A DNA stretch of 64,000 bases from the NCBI GenBank assembly GCA_013265495.1, contig MU061668.1, forward strand, positions 1,263,164-1,327,163, written 5' to 3'. The stretch comes from Vicugna vicugna (lineage: Eukaryota). Below the pieces are notes generated by a model that saw nothing but the letters and a program-made list of their open reading frames with translations, was not told the origin of the DNA and did not search any database. Every line of letters starts with the position of its first letter. Positions within the stretch are counted from its first letter, which is position 1. This document shows, piece by piece, positions 1 through 14,859 of the stretch. The position numbers were made by a program, and so were the translations under genes.

Positions 1-811
1 AAACAAGATGGCCGTCTGCTTCCCTAGCTTAACACTTGAGAGGAGGTGGGTTTCCAGGGCACGTAGCAGCTCTGCCGCAGACGGCCACCTGCTTCCCGGC
101 TCCCTCCTGTCTTACTGCTGCTGCCGGTCCCGGGAGGGCTGCTCTCACGTGCAGTCACTTGCTCCCCAGCACGTGTTCATGGTCCAGCCCCGGGGAAGAG
201 AGGGCGCTGGGGGAGCCAGCTTCCTTTACAGGAGTGTGAGTCGGAAGTCACACTCAACCTACGTGTTTACACCCCAGTGGCCAGAAAGCAGTCCACGGGC
301 CACCCCCAGCCGCAGGGCAGGCTGGGAAGTGGCCTCTCTAGCAAGGTGCCACATGTCCAGCTGAAGTGGGGGGCACTCCAGCCCGGGAGGAGGCAGGGAG
401 TGTGGGTGACAGGGCCATACGGGGGCCCCGCCGGCTCTCACGGAAGCCTGTGCTAAGCCGTGCACCGCTTTCCAATTCTGAACACGCTTCAGCTTTAAAA
501 GGAGATCAGAAGCACTTAGGAGTCAACATCGTCCATTCAGCTTTGCGCGTGCTGTGACAGATTAAACCCTGCGTGTTGTTCTTCTGTTTTCGCTTTGTTC
601 CTGAACATCTGTCGTTTCTACAGATGGGAGGTGCCACCACAGCGTTTTTAAAAATCCCTTTTCTTTTAAAACATGGCCGAAGTTGAGTAGCCTGCAGCCG
701 GTCGCCAGGCTCCAGCTCTTCATCACCCTAAGCCCCCTTGCGTTATCCGAGACTCTTAACTTGAGTTGAGTGATTGGGGGATTTCTGGTCCTTCAGTTGT
801 TGCTCAGGGGG

Positions 812-1050
812 AGCAGTGGGGTGTAGTGGGAAACGCAGAGACTTTGAAATCCATCCAGCCTGGGTTTAAGTCCTGGCTCTTGTCACCTCCACCTATGTGG
901 CATTTCTGAGCTTGATTTTCCTCATCCTTAAAATGGGAATACCAGTCCTGCGTTTATTAGGGTTGTTAGAGTTAAAATGAGCTATTGTATACAAAGTACT
1001 TAGCCCACTGCCTGGGACGTGATCAGTGCTCAGTAAATACGTTATTACTT
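812..1050 (+). mobile_element. MIR SINE relic
   Basis: Resembles the MIR consensus as I recall it (…tttcctcatccttaaaatgggaata…, tagggttgttagagttaaaatgag…, gtgctcagtaaatacgttatt). Confidence 0.75.
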
Positions 1051-1113
1051 TTACTCTCAGGATTAGCATATTATATTTCATTTTTAAAGTAGTTTAAAGT
1101 TTTATTACAATAA

Positions 1114-1428
<315 letters not shown>

Positions 1429-2256
1429 TAGAAAGGTGATTAAAAACGACCAGATCACCTCTGAAGGATGTCTTTTTAAGAGGCACCTGGGGGAAGGTTT
1501 CTGAAGTTCAGGCTGCCCCCGTGTGGTTTACAGCTTTAGGGTGCTGTTTCTCAGGGACTGCTTTTTAAACTCTTCGAAGGCTTGGTATTTAGTGTGTTCT
1601 GTGTTTTCAGCAGTCTCTTTTACGATCAGTTGAAAACAGCCTGCGTTCCGGTGTATTAACCTGCATTCACGTGTGGTCCCATTTGGTTACGCAGTTTCCT
1701 GTAAATGTTTTCTGCAAATACAGCGTCGTGCCTCGAGCAGCCTGTCTTTGGGAGAAGTGTGGTTTGTGCCTCTCTGAGAAGGATGATTTCAGTGGTGCAG
1801 TAGCTCGTACCCTTGAGACCACAGCTGAGTAGAGGATGTGCAGGCGGGTGGGTGCCTGTGGTTGGGGCCACTGCAGGGGACAGAGGGGAAGCCCGAAACA
1901 CATTTGGACAGGTGCCTTTTGTGGCTTCTAAAATGCCGTCAAGGGTAAAACGTGTGTTTTGCTGTGAAGGGCTTACAGCATCATGCCAGGCAAGTGATGA
2001 GAGTGCTTGACTTTTTAGTATTTCTGTCTCAGATGTGATGTTAGTGCTTTCTTGGCAGTGTCTCCAGGGCGCCCAGCCCTCTTTCTCCATGGAGCCTTCC
2101 TCGGACCGGTCCTCGTCTGGAAGCACTCGCTCCTTTTCCTTAGCCTGGTTCCTTACACTTTTGTAGGCGTTGCTGATGCCTCGTGTTACAGTTTTGTGAT
2201 TGCCGTCCTCGTTCTCCAGAGAACTGAAGGTGGCTTTCAAGAAATATATGCAGTAA

Positions 2257-2628
<372 letters not shown>

Positions 2629-3829
2629 ACTGAAGAACATTGTGTCTTGGGTTTGTACTGTTGATGGTGACTCCTCCTCCCACAGCTCAGAGAATAACTT
2701 TAGGACCTGAATTGTAATTTCCTTTCTTGTCCTTTCCCTGAAGACCCAGACTTTTGCTTGGATTTGTCAGCAAGGAGGAAAGTGAATAGTGCTGTGAGAA
2801 TTCTGTGGCCACCTGGCTGTTGATTTCTTTCTAAATGGCATGGAGCCCTGATCATCTGGAGTTGCCGTGTGCGCTGGGATGGAGTAGAATCACTCTGCTG
2901 TTAGGTACTCTGCTTCATCCCCCTCCCACGACTTACCCAGAGTTAAGGGCCCCCCTCCTTCCCTCTTGCCGCTGCTAGCTTGCAGCTCACTTGATGGAGC
3001 ATCTGCAGGAGGAATTTTGCCTGGCACGTGGGGGGACACTTGTGTGGGAGGCAGAGTGATCCGGTCTCCAGGAGCACCCTGAGCTGTGGAGTATGAAGCA
3101 GTAACATTTGAAATGATGAGGACGACCAGGGAGGAGAACTTCATAATCCAGAAGGAAGACACTGAAGCCATTGCTTTTATTGCCACCCCTTCCTGAGTGG
3201 TGATTGTCACACCGCGCACAGTGGGCGCTCCGTCAGTGCAGACTGAGTGACCAGGGCACACGTGGAGGCTCCCGGGCCTGGGCAGGGAGCCAGGTGCTCC
3301 TTAGCTGTCAGGGTTGGTTTCTTAGCTCCATTCCCAGTCTAGGCTGTCGTCTCTCCTGGGAGCTGAGTCACCTCACAAGCCTGGTTGGGGTGGACTTGGG
3401 CTGGAGTGAGGGGCAGCTGGGCCCCTTTGTCTTTACTAGCAACAAGTAGGTGAGCAGGGCTCCAGAAGAACTTCCTGTGCCTGGATCCCACGCCCGTCCT
3501 CGACCCGTCGCACCTCCGAGTCCTCTTCACAGCGGCAGACAAGCAGTAGGAGTTGGCGGCCAGGCCCGCGGGGCTTCTGCGGCCACCTCCCTGGGCAGTG
3601 AGCCCTCCCTGTGTCCGCAGGAGCCCGCGGCACGCGGGGTTGACGGGAGCCCCGTTCTCATTACGGACTACAAGCTGGAGTGCAGGGAGGCGCGGTGGCT
3701 GGCCTCGCGGGGTCTCAGTGGCGCGTCAGGCCCCACACGCAGCCTCTGAGGTGTTTGTTTGCTGCGGGCTTGTGCTTTCTCCAGCACCCTCCGCTCTGCC
3801 TTTTATTCTAATGTCAAGCAGTCTTAGAT

Positions 3830-4410
3830 GAGGCAAAAATCCCAAATTTTTGCAAACTTAACCTCTAAAATCCAGATCATGGGCAAAGTTGCCAGACTTA
3901 CCAATGATCGTTCTGTCAGCCTCGTGAGGCACATACCTCCTGTAACAAGGGTATGTGAAAACACAACTGACCCACCTGCCCTTTTTGCAGAAATTGACAG
4001 GATGGCCCTAAAGCGCATACAGAACTGCAGGGGACTCAGAGTATCCAAAGCAAAGTTAAAAAAACAACAGTTGGTGAACTCACACTTCCTGATTTGAAGA
4101 CTTAATGCAAAGCGACAGGAATCAAAACTGTGGTATAAGGGAAAACAAATCAGTGAAACAGTTGAGGGTCCAGAGATAAACCCTTAACCTCTGTGGTCAG
4201 TTCACTTCTGACAGTCAGGCCGGGAGCATCCAGTGGGGGAAGAGCAGTCTTCGGCAGGTGGCTCTGGGACAGCTGACTGCACACGGAAGGGTGGACTTGA
4301 ATGCGTACCTGACACATGCAGGGCCACCTCAAAATGGAGCAGAGACCTAAACGTAAAACTAAAACCGGTTGAAACAGCTTGTGGGACAAAAGGGGAGGAG
4401 ACGAAAAGAA
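3830..4410 (+). mobile_element. Old L1 ORF2 fragment, strongly GC-shifted
   Basis: Aligns by eye with the L1 segment at about 24330-24720 in this window (ctcacacttcctgatttgaagactta…; gagacctaaacgtaaaactaaaac). Confidence 0.75.
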
Positions 4411-7400
4411 AACTTGCACTAAAAGGAAAACGTAGAATTACTAGATATCCTAGAATCACAAGGAAAAATAGAGAAAAAGGAAAACAGTAGACAAATATGG
4501 GAAAGGGTGTATTTATAAGGTAGAGCAGGACATGAGAGGCGGATTGTGGAGAAGAGACAGGGAGACTGCAGGCAGCAATAAGCCCATGAGTACGGGAGCC
4601 AGCAGTCACAGAAAGGCCACCCAGTAACCTTTGTCCTTGCCCAGGGCACCCACGGTGAATAGAAGAGCAGTCAGTGCATGTGGGCTCGTGGTCACTGTTG
4701 ACTGATAGAACTAAGTCAGATTGTCTAGGATTTCAAAGACCATATCAGTGTACGTCTAATCCCCCTTTAACAGCTTGCGTTTAGTTGAGCGTTTTGCGAA
4801 CCAGTTACCTCTTCCATTTCTGACCCAGAGTTCAGGTGTTAAGTGCGGTTCTTTTCTCACGGGGCCGTTTTGTATGAGTGTGTCCAGCAGAGGGCGCTGG
4901 AGTCCTTAGGCTGCGGACCAGCGCTGTAGAACAGCCCTGCCTGGTAGAGATGGGGTATAAGCCTTGTGTGTCGTTTTCAGTGTCTGGGATCCACACTTAA
5001 AGAATGAAGTGAATTTTGTGCTGTGCGGGCGCCCCTTGGTGTCTGTGGGGGTTGGTTCCACAGCCTGCTGTGGGCACCGGAATCGGTGGACGTTCCCGTC
5101 CCACACTCAGCCACTGTGTCTGCAGGTCCACGGCCACCGCTCGGCCCGCTGTGGCTGCTGTGGTCCTGTTGAAGAAGTCCGCCTGAAGGCGGACCCACGC
5201 GGTTTAGACCCTGTTCGAGGGTCGGCTGTGCGTCAGTCCGGTGCATCTGAAGTATTTCAACACTTAATCCATGAACAGAAGGTGCTGATGGGGTGTTTTA
5301 CATTTCTGTTCACATCAAGTCTTCAAAATCCACTGTGTGCTCACTTACGGTGCGTCTTAATTCAGATGCCAGATTTTCACGAGGAATGCATGATCTGTGT
5401 TTAGAGTTCATGAAATAATACATTTGAAAAAGTTGATTCACATACCTATGTTGTTCCAGACATACTTAAAACATGTTGAAAAGTTTATTGGATTGATTAT
5501 CAAGTTTTAAATGTAGTCAAATTAAAGTGTAGTTCCTTATATTAACCGCATTTCAGATGCTCGAAAGACACACGTCTAGTGGTACTGAGTGCACAGCACA
5601 ATTGTAAATGACCTGTTTTTACACGCTTTGTGGTCTGTACACAACTCTCCCATTAGTAACTGAAGGATTGGCAAAAAGACCTCTTCCAGGCTGCATGAAG
5701 CAGTTACAATACTTCTGTGGCTGTGTTGAACTTGGGAGCTGGCAGTGCTGAAATCTCCTGTCAGAAAGCATGACCACAGCTCATTCAGGCTGTGTGGAGC
5801 TAAGCAAAGTGTTTTGGATCAGAAATTGCTTTGAATTATTTGTTTTCATTGTAATCTTTTCTCGGGGCCTGAGTGTGTTTTGATACAGTTCGCTTGAATT
5901 GGCTAAATAAATCATTTTGTTTGCTTGCAGAATTCCCAAAGGAGAAACTTTAAATCCATATACATGAGATTCCTGCTATGTTTAGCTGTGCATTTGCCAA
6001 AGACTTGAGGGATAATTTATTTCCTCTTAAAGCCGTAGTGCAGCGTGCAGGATGGCTCTCGGCTAAGCTTGTTGTGACACACAGGTGAGGCAGTAGAATT
6101 TAGAACTTGGAATGGAGGTGGGTACTGGTCTTTACAGTTAGTGCAGCGCAGCGCAGCCACGCCATATGTGCTTCATTTCTTTTCAGCCAGTGAATTGAAC
6201 TAAGTCAGTTGTATGTCAAGCAGTTCCTGCAAGAAACTACATGGCTAAGGTAGGATGGTGATGATTGAGAAGAGTGTGTTGGCCTGCGGAAAACCTTGAG
6301 AGAAAGTGAAACTCCCCTGGTCCTCGCTCCTGCGTGTGCGGCAGGTTGGTGGTGAGGCCTCTGCTGGTGTGGGCCGTGGGCGTCCGCTTAACATTCGAAG
6401 TCCGCGTGGGGGCGGAGTTGGGAGAACGGTGGGGTGGTGTAGACGATTGTCTGGGAGAACGGGTTAATCAGGAAAGGCAGGTGAAGCAGGGTGTTTCAGT
6501 GACGACCTGCCGCCCAGGCTTCGTGTGATCTGCTGCCGGGTTTCTCAGTAAATCCTCGGCCGTTTGTATGCAGGCCTGGTAGACGTCTGTCTGTCCAGCG
6601 TAAAGTACTACTCTTCCACCCTCCGTTTGTACAGCGTCTTTCCCCACTGCCCTTCTGACGGCCAGGTTCTCACCAGCTGTAAGCTCGCCTGCTCGCTGGC
6701 AGTTTCGCCTGGTTGCAAGCCCTTTCTCGGGGGTACACTGTGTCCTGTTTCTGCTTGGCCATTAACAGCAAGTAAGTGTCCCTGCTCTTGAACAGGGGGT
6801 GGAGCTCTGGACCCCTCACTCCCACCCCGCTCCTCTCTGCGTGGACAGTCCCGGTGCTTCAGGGAAGTTCATGAAAAGTAGGAAACAAGAAGGGACCCTG
6901 CTTGCCGCCCAGGCCCCTGGTCACAAGCCTGTCTGAGGACATGCTGCTGTCTTTGCAGGGGGCCCATGTTTATTGTCTTCTTTCTGGAAATATTATCTTT
7001 ACCTTAAAAAGGAAAGGCTTTGTATCTCTGCTTCCAGTTGTGATCTGCATCAGTGTTTATGGGACCTGTAATCAGTGTAGATCTACCCACTTGTGGTTTC
7101 CTTTCTCAGTTTAACATCTTTTCTAAGACTGAGCTCAGTTTATTTTTTGCTGCTTAATAGTTCGTCAAGTTAATCTACGTCGTTGTTAAACACCCTCAGT
7201 TGGTGGCTGGCTGTGTTATTTCACTAGCAGGAGTGAAGTGGCTACAAGCATCGTTCTGTTGGGTTTAACTGTCTTTATCCAAGTACCATCCCTCCCCCTT
7301 TGTAAACCGTTCCCTTGGGCGTTACTGTCAGAACTGAAATCACTGGGTTGAAGGGTTGATCTTTTTTTGTCTCTTGACGGGTCTTACCAGGAGACTCATC

Positions 7401-9699
7401 TTAAGGACCCTTGGCACCACAGTGAATCCCCCTGGTGGAGGATGCAGGTGGTTGAGTGAATCCCCCCTGAGGACGAGCGGCGGCCGTGGGTGCAGCTTCC
7501 TGGGCAGCAGGCAGTTAAGCGTGGTCCCGCGTACACGCCCCGCTCTGCCTGCGTCAGTCCTCCTCTTTCTGTAGCTCAGCCCTTTCTTCCCCTGTCTGCT
7601 CAGAGCATTCACGCATGTCCAGAACATTCCTTACGCAGTGATGGAGAGGACGGCATCTGTTAATCTTCCTAATTCTGTCTCCAGCTCTTTTGCACGTCGG
7701 GTGCAGCGTATTCTCTGGCCCATCCTCGCCGGCAGCTGCGCTTGCTCCCAGGGTAGCAGTCGCGCGGGTTCCTCTGGACGCTCACTGTTCTCATCAAAAG
7801 CATTCTGCTTAAAACCAGAGAGAGACGGAAGCAAGAGAAAACAGCAAAGAAAATCGGGACCAGATAACCTGAGAGAACTAAGTTTACTTTTGTTTTCAAG
7901 TAAATGGATGGATACAACTTCTACCCCAAAATGTATTCTTGGATCAGTGCCGGTGTGAGACGGAAGTATGCCCTTTTTTAAAATCTGTGCCTGAATTTCC
8001 CCCTCAACTTCCTTCTTGGTTGAGTGCCTTGGTTTTTCCAAAGCCCGTTCAGAGCTTTCCCGTTTTTCACCGCTGCTCTCCTTGTACCCCACTGGGTACC
8101 CCTGCGGCTTGGCTGGTTCTGTGCCTTCTGAAGTGCTCTTCCAGGTGCACCAAGGGCTGGAAATGTCTCTTTCACTGTAGGATGAAATCAGAGAGCTGTG
8201 GGTGCAGTTCCCACCTTGGTCAGCCCCCACCACAGCCACACACCCCAGGCTCTTCCCACTACACTGCCGGCTCCTGAAATACAGGTGCCGCCTTCGCTGG
8301 CCGTCCTTCTGTGGTTTCCCATCGCTGGTAAGATGAAGTCCAGGTTCAGCCTTTCACACCAGCTCCTCTCTGCAGACCGCTGCCGCCCCTTCCACACAAC
8401 CCCTCTCCCTGTAACCTGGAGCGTCCCCTAGTTACTCGCAGTTCCCTAAACATGCCAGGCTGTTGAGAGCCTGCAGGCTGAACGAGCGCCGTTCCCATCA
8501 ACGGAGCGCTCTTCCTGCCCCTCCTCGTTCACTAGTCAGCTTCTACTTCCGCACCAGTTTGTCCTTGCCATTGTGCAGCCTCCTTCAACCACTTCAAATA
8601 ATTATCTTTCTCTACTTCACATTCATTGAACACTTAGCTCTGTGCTGGGCACCGTGCCAGCCCTGAACGCCCGTGACCTCACTTAGTCCTCACGGTCCTG
8701 GGAGGCGGGGCCTGGTGTCCACAGTGCTGGGCTCAAGGCGGTGCGGCCCGGGCTCTTAGCCGCCAGTGACCTGCCTTTTCTGGGCTCCCCTTCTGCCCCT
8801 TCCTGACTTGTCACTGTGGCCTGTGCGTGCGCGCCCCTCCCTCATCTCTGTCCTGCCCCGAGCCCGCTTGGAGGGGACAGGCAGCAGGTCGCTGAATGAA
8901 GACGCTGGGCCCGTGGGCCTCTTCCATAGCCTTTGTAAGCGTCTCCCACCATCTTCTCACGTTTCTGTGGGAACTGTTAATTGAAGCTTTGTCTGCAGCC
9001 GTCTGCAGGGGTCTCTTAGCTGTCTGCTGGACTCTGATGCCACAAATAGTTTTATTTCCTGGCACGTGGCGGCTCACCTAGCGTCATACTTAGCATCGTG
9101 GAGACTGTAAGAGCAGAAGATGACGTGGTGCCTGCCCTCCACTTGCAGAGATGAGACCACATGGCACGCAACCGGCACTTAAAGACAGTACATTTGGGTG
9201 CCCGTGTTGAGTGTATCGTTACAGGACAAACGCGGATTCTTCAGCACAGCATACAGGCCCTTCGCGATCTGGTTCTGGACCCCTTTTCCATCTTCGTCTG
9301 CTCCCTCTCCCACAGACCCCCAAACTCCAGCCTTACTGATGGGTTTCGCGGCTCTGTGAACCCGCCATGCTTTAAATGTCTCTGTTCCTCCGCACATACT
9401 GTTCTTTTTGCCAAGAATGCCTTCTCCTCCTTACCTGCCTGGCAAATTCGTACTCATCTTTTCTGACAGCCTTCAGTGCGGCTTCCTTTAGACTTCAGTT
9501 TTCATGGCCTTTGTACATTTTTCTGTAGTGTGACCCTGGTAATTTCATAAATCAGTTTTGTAAGTCTTTTCTGCCTGTTAAATATTGGACTACTTGAGGG
9601 CAAGGCCCGTGTCTCAGTGGTGGAAGAATGCATGGCTGGCAGAATGAAAGCTGGACGTGTGGGAAGGAGGGAGAGGCGTTGTCCCAGCACAGCTGGCTG

Positions 9700-10060
9700 T
9701 CAGGAGTCACATTTGACTGCAGGGAAAGAGGCCTGAATGAAATGGCCTAGAAGGACTAGGGGCTCATCCCAAGTTTGGAGGCAGGTGTTGAAGTGCTGGT
9801 GTGGGGGCGTCACGATGGGATGCTCTCCTCTGATGCATGGCTTCCGTCCTCACTGTACCCTCATGGCTCCAGATGGCTGCCAAGCTGCAGCTATCTCATC
9901 CATTCTAGACAAGAAGAAAGAAAAGGGCGGTGAGTAAGGAAAAAAAGTTCTCTCTGTGGAGACAGACACCTCTGGAAAGATTTCCAGGGTCCTACCCAAC
10001 AGCTCCACCTTCGTCTCGCAGGGTAGAATGTAGTCACACGGTCAACTGTAGCTGAATTTC
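9700..10060. mobile_element. MaLR (MLT1-like) LTR relic
   Basis: Motifs such as atggctccagatggctgcc…gcagctatctcatccattctag and tagtcacacggtcaactgtagctg resemble MLT1 family LTRs. Confidence 0.5.
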
Positions 10061-10309
10061 GAAGAGATGAATATATGATAATAAATAAAGGTTATTTTTG
10101 TATTTAATTTAAAATGACATTTCTCTAAAAAACAAACGGCTTTTAGGTCGGAACAGACTGTTCCCCAAGGAGGGTGTAAGTTGGCCAGTAAACACGAGAA
10201 GATGCCCAGCATCTCTGGCCACCGGGGAAGTGCAGAGCAAACGCACAGCGAGACACCGCGCCACCTGCTCTGGGAAACAAAGAGACAGGCACAAGGGAGG
10301 AGGTGGGGA

Positions 10310-10890
10310 GCCTTACACCTCATCCGTGGTTTGTGAAAGAACTATAAAGTGGTGCAGCCACTCTGGAAACCAGCCTGGCAGTTCCTGAAAATGTTCAACG
10401 CTCAGGTACTCATGACCCAGCGATTCCATTCCTGGCTGTAACCCGAGAGAATGTGAGCATCTGTCCACACGAAAACTTGTCCCTGAGTGTTCACAGCAGC
10501 GCTATTCACAACAGCCAGACAGTGGGAGCGTCACGTACTGAGCAGATCAACACATTGTGGTCTCTCCTGTGGTGAGGTACTGTATGAATGAAGTACTGAC
10601 ACAGGGACGTGCTGTAGCACGGACGAACCTCGACAGGACAAGGGGGAGCAGCCAGCCACAGAACGCCACGCCTCGTGTGACGCCGTTACGTGAACCGTCC
10701 CGGAGGAACCTGTGGGGGGGGCCCGAGGGGGGGGCTGGGGCGTGACCGCTAACAGGGGTGGGGGTGGGGGGCTCTAAAATTAGGTGGTGATGACGGCCAC
10801 GCGGCTGTGAATGTACTAAAACTTCCATATACTTTAAAAGGGTGCATTATGATGGTATGTGAATTATATCTCAATAAAGCTGTTCTAACA
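10310..10890 (+). mobile_element. L1ME-type 3' end with poly(A) signal (AATAAA 10873-10878)
   Basis: gtggtgcagccactctggaaac…catgacccagcgattccattcct…tatgtgaattatatctcaataaagctgtt is the typical L1ME 3' UTR. Confidence 0.8.
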
Positions 10891-12587
10891 ACCAGCTTTT
10901 TTATCTGTAAGACAATCTTCAAAATTAACCTCAGAAGAAGGACGCTGCCGGGGGAGGGGGGAGCTCCTCACACCACTTAACATTTCAAGGATTGTATTCG
11001 TCTTCTCTTCATTTGAGTCCTGGCTTTAAAACAAGTCTGCCCTGCATGGTCAGGGTCAGATCCCTCTGGCTGGTTGCCCAGATGACCGAGATTCTGAATG
11101 GTTTCTTTGTTCTGTAGATTTATCATTTCAAAAATGAACCTATTTTTCTGTGTCTTCGAAGCTGAGGAATAGAGATGCCGGAGGTCAGCAAATGGTCGTA
11201 GAAAGCCACTTAATCTGCAGACCAGCTGGATGTCAGAAGGCTTTGCTCTATGGGCCTCTTGTTCCTTGGAGGCTTTGTTGCTGATAGGTGGGCAGGCGGC
11301 TCGCAGGCCTGGCGGAGTCACGTCCTGCTTGCAGAGGCCTCTGTGCTGGGTTCTGCAGGCAGGTGATGCCCGACCACGAGCCCTGTCTCTGTAAGCCTCC
11401 AATTCCTCGTCAGGGGAACCAGAGAGACGTCAGCCTCCTCACCCAGGGTGGCCGCGCCAGATCGTGGCCGTGCGCCTGTTCTGTGAATGCTGAGGGTGTG
11501 CACCGGGGCACGGTCTTGGGGTCGCACACTTGGGGTGGCTCCAGAGGACGTGGTTGTAAGGGCAGAAGGATGAGGACTGAAGGGAGGAAAGGGCCGTGGA
11601 CGTAGTGGGTGTGGGGTCAGGATGGAAGGTGGTAGAGCTGATGGTTGGAAGTCTGCAGTAACAAGGGGTGTTCAACGCCCAGCCAGCAGCCTCTGCCCTA
11701 ACGGCCGACGCGCCTGGTGTGCTGCTGGGGCCGCCTCAGTCAGACAGCGGGCAGCTGGCCCACCCCGCGTGGAAATGCTGGCAAAGGCGACGGAGGAGCC
11801 CGCCCTGCTCTGCTCTCAGCTTCCCTCAGATCAGCCTTTCCTACGTGTTCTGGATTCTCGAGCATCCTTTACAGCAGCTCCTATTCTCACAAAGCCCCTC
11901 AGGGATTAAAAGAAAGAAATCATTTCTGTGTAGCACACGATCAAGAGGCGCTAAACGTAAGCGTTTTTGCCCGTGTGGCTGTGCTGACACGTTACTGAAG
12001 AGCGTCCTCGTGGGGCCCACTTTGACCCGGTGGATGAAGCTTTCAGGTCTGGTTATGGAGCCCTGGATGTCCATCTCTGGATCTTTCTAGCCGTCTTTGT
12101 GCTCATCAGGGTGTCCACACTCCCTCTCCCACCAGTGGTCTGTTTTTGGTGCGCGTTAAGAAGGTAAGAATAAAACACAGTTTAGAAATACATCAGCTTA
12201 AAAACCACCACCTGATGGCGTTTGCTAACCTTGCTGCCACGTCTGCCCGATTGACGGAGTCTCAGGCCCCTCTAGAAGCTCTGCTGACGTGGGGAGGTCT
12301 TTTCTCTCGTCGATTTTAAGGGACATGTGTTCCCGCTTGAACCTCTCTGACACTGGGATGTGTCCTACGGTCAATGGCATCTTACGCTGATTTTTTTCTT
12401 TCTCCTAAAAGGGTTCATCTTAACGATAAATTACATCAGGTTCTAGATTCGATGGTTTGTGGTAAATGATACTGGTCGTGGAATTCAGGAAAGTCACTGT
12501 CCTTGTCGTTTCCATTGCCATGCAGCCAGGAGCTCCCATGTCATCTTCCTCTGGAGAAAACCAAGGAAACGTCTTTTGTCTTTGCAG

Positions 12588-12644
12588 GTTTTCATTGATA
12601 GACCACAAGCAGGTCTTCCACCCTCAGCTCTCTGACTGCAAAAG
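12588..12644 (+). other. C3orf20: Candidate non-coding 5' UTR exon of C3orf20
   Basis: Strong acceptor (cttttgtctttgcag|) and donor (AAG|GTGCGT) about 400 nt upstream of the start codon. No transcript evidence. Confidence 0.35.
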
Positions 12645-13018
12645 GTGCGTGGGAACCCCCGTCCCTTCCCCGTCCTTTCCCCTCCTCCTGCCCAGGGCCC
12701 CTCCAGAGGCACCCCGTTTATGCGACTGTCCCTGAACTGTTTGGGGAGCCTGCTCTTCCCCGTGGTGACTCGCTAACGTGGTCTCTGATGTGGAGGGGTG
12801 TCGTTTTGCCCTCCGTGGGGAGAGTGACCAAATATTTCTTTATCCTCCTGGACAGGCTGCACTGGCTCAATGACCTGTAAGGGCCGTGCCAGCACTTCCA
12901 TCCTGTCTGTCCCCAAGGCCTTGCCTTAGTAGAACTTGGGCTCCGTGTGCAGCTGTCGGTGTGCCAGGCCTCCTTACTGCTGAAGGTCTCCTTGTCTGCG
13001 ATGGACAGGGTCACCTAG

Positions 13019-13681
<663 letters not shown>

Positions 13682-14166
13682 TGAACTCCTTCCCGAAGCC
13701 ACCCTCAAGAATCATCCTTTCACTCCCTCTGTTCTCTTTTCCTCCCGTTCCCCCAGCTTTGCCAGGCCAGGTTGAGAGGTTGGCCATGAGAACAGTGGGA
13801 GGGCAGAGGTACTGGAGGGTGGCATTTGTGGAACCCATGCAGAGGTGGAGAGCAGCAGCACCCCAGGGAAAGGGCGAGCCGGGAGGGCTGGAGGGTGGGT
13901 AGCGAGATAGCCAAGTGGAGCCAGAACCAGGAGAGTCGTGAGTACTGGGATCTGTCCGCAGTGAGGGTGTCATCCCGAGATCAAGGACCTAGAGCTGCAT
14001 CCGTAAGGGATTCTGAGTTATCTGAGTGCCAACAGCATCGGTCCCCAGGCCTGTGGGTAGGAAGAGAGGAGGGCAAGGGGGGCAGAAGGCAAGGTGCCAC
14101 CTGACAGGTCTTGGGAGCCCGAGGTCCTCAAATCAGGCCCCCTCACGCTCACTCTCCTGGGAGTAG

Positions 14167-14433
<267 letters not shown>

Positions 14434-14859
14434 TAGGTGGGGGAGGTCAAACAATGCCAACAGGAGTGCAGGGGACAAGCCAAGCCCTCAGTTGAAACCT
14501 TTGTCATTTCTAAGAGCTGAGGCGGACGTGGAGCAGCAGGGATTCTCGGAGGCTGCAGGTGAGCACGTAAGTCGGTACGGTTCCCGTGGAGAGCAGCTTG
14601 GTGGTCTCTGCAAGTGGGGGATGCCCTGGCATCTTACAACCCGGTGGTTTCTCTGCTCGATCGTTCCCCAGAGCTGTGCTGCTCAGACTGTCTGCGGTGA
14701 AGGACCAGTTTGTAAAATTTCTGGCCTCATTAAAAGACACGGTAATGACGTCACAGCAGCATCAAATTGCTCAGTCTTCTAAGTGTTTATTCTCCGTCTT
14801 TGGGCTCACCTGGTCATGGCCTGGTGTGGATTCATGCCAGGCCACAGGCCACTCTTGAG

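Noticed and set aside
4-16. YY1-like motif CAAGATGGCCGTC
   Set aside because: Single motif at the window edge, inside a CCDC174 intron, with no supporting context.
7631-8239. 202-aa minus-strand ORF; likewise 1656-2240 and other 150-210 aa ORFs
   Set aside because: No similarity to any protein I recognise, no splice or codon-pattern support, mostly GTG/TTG/CTG starts.
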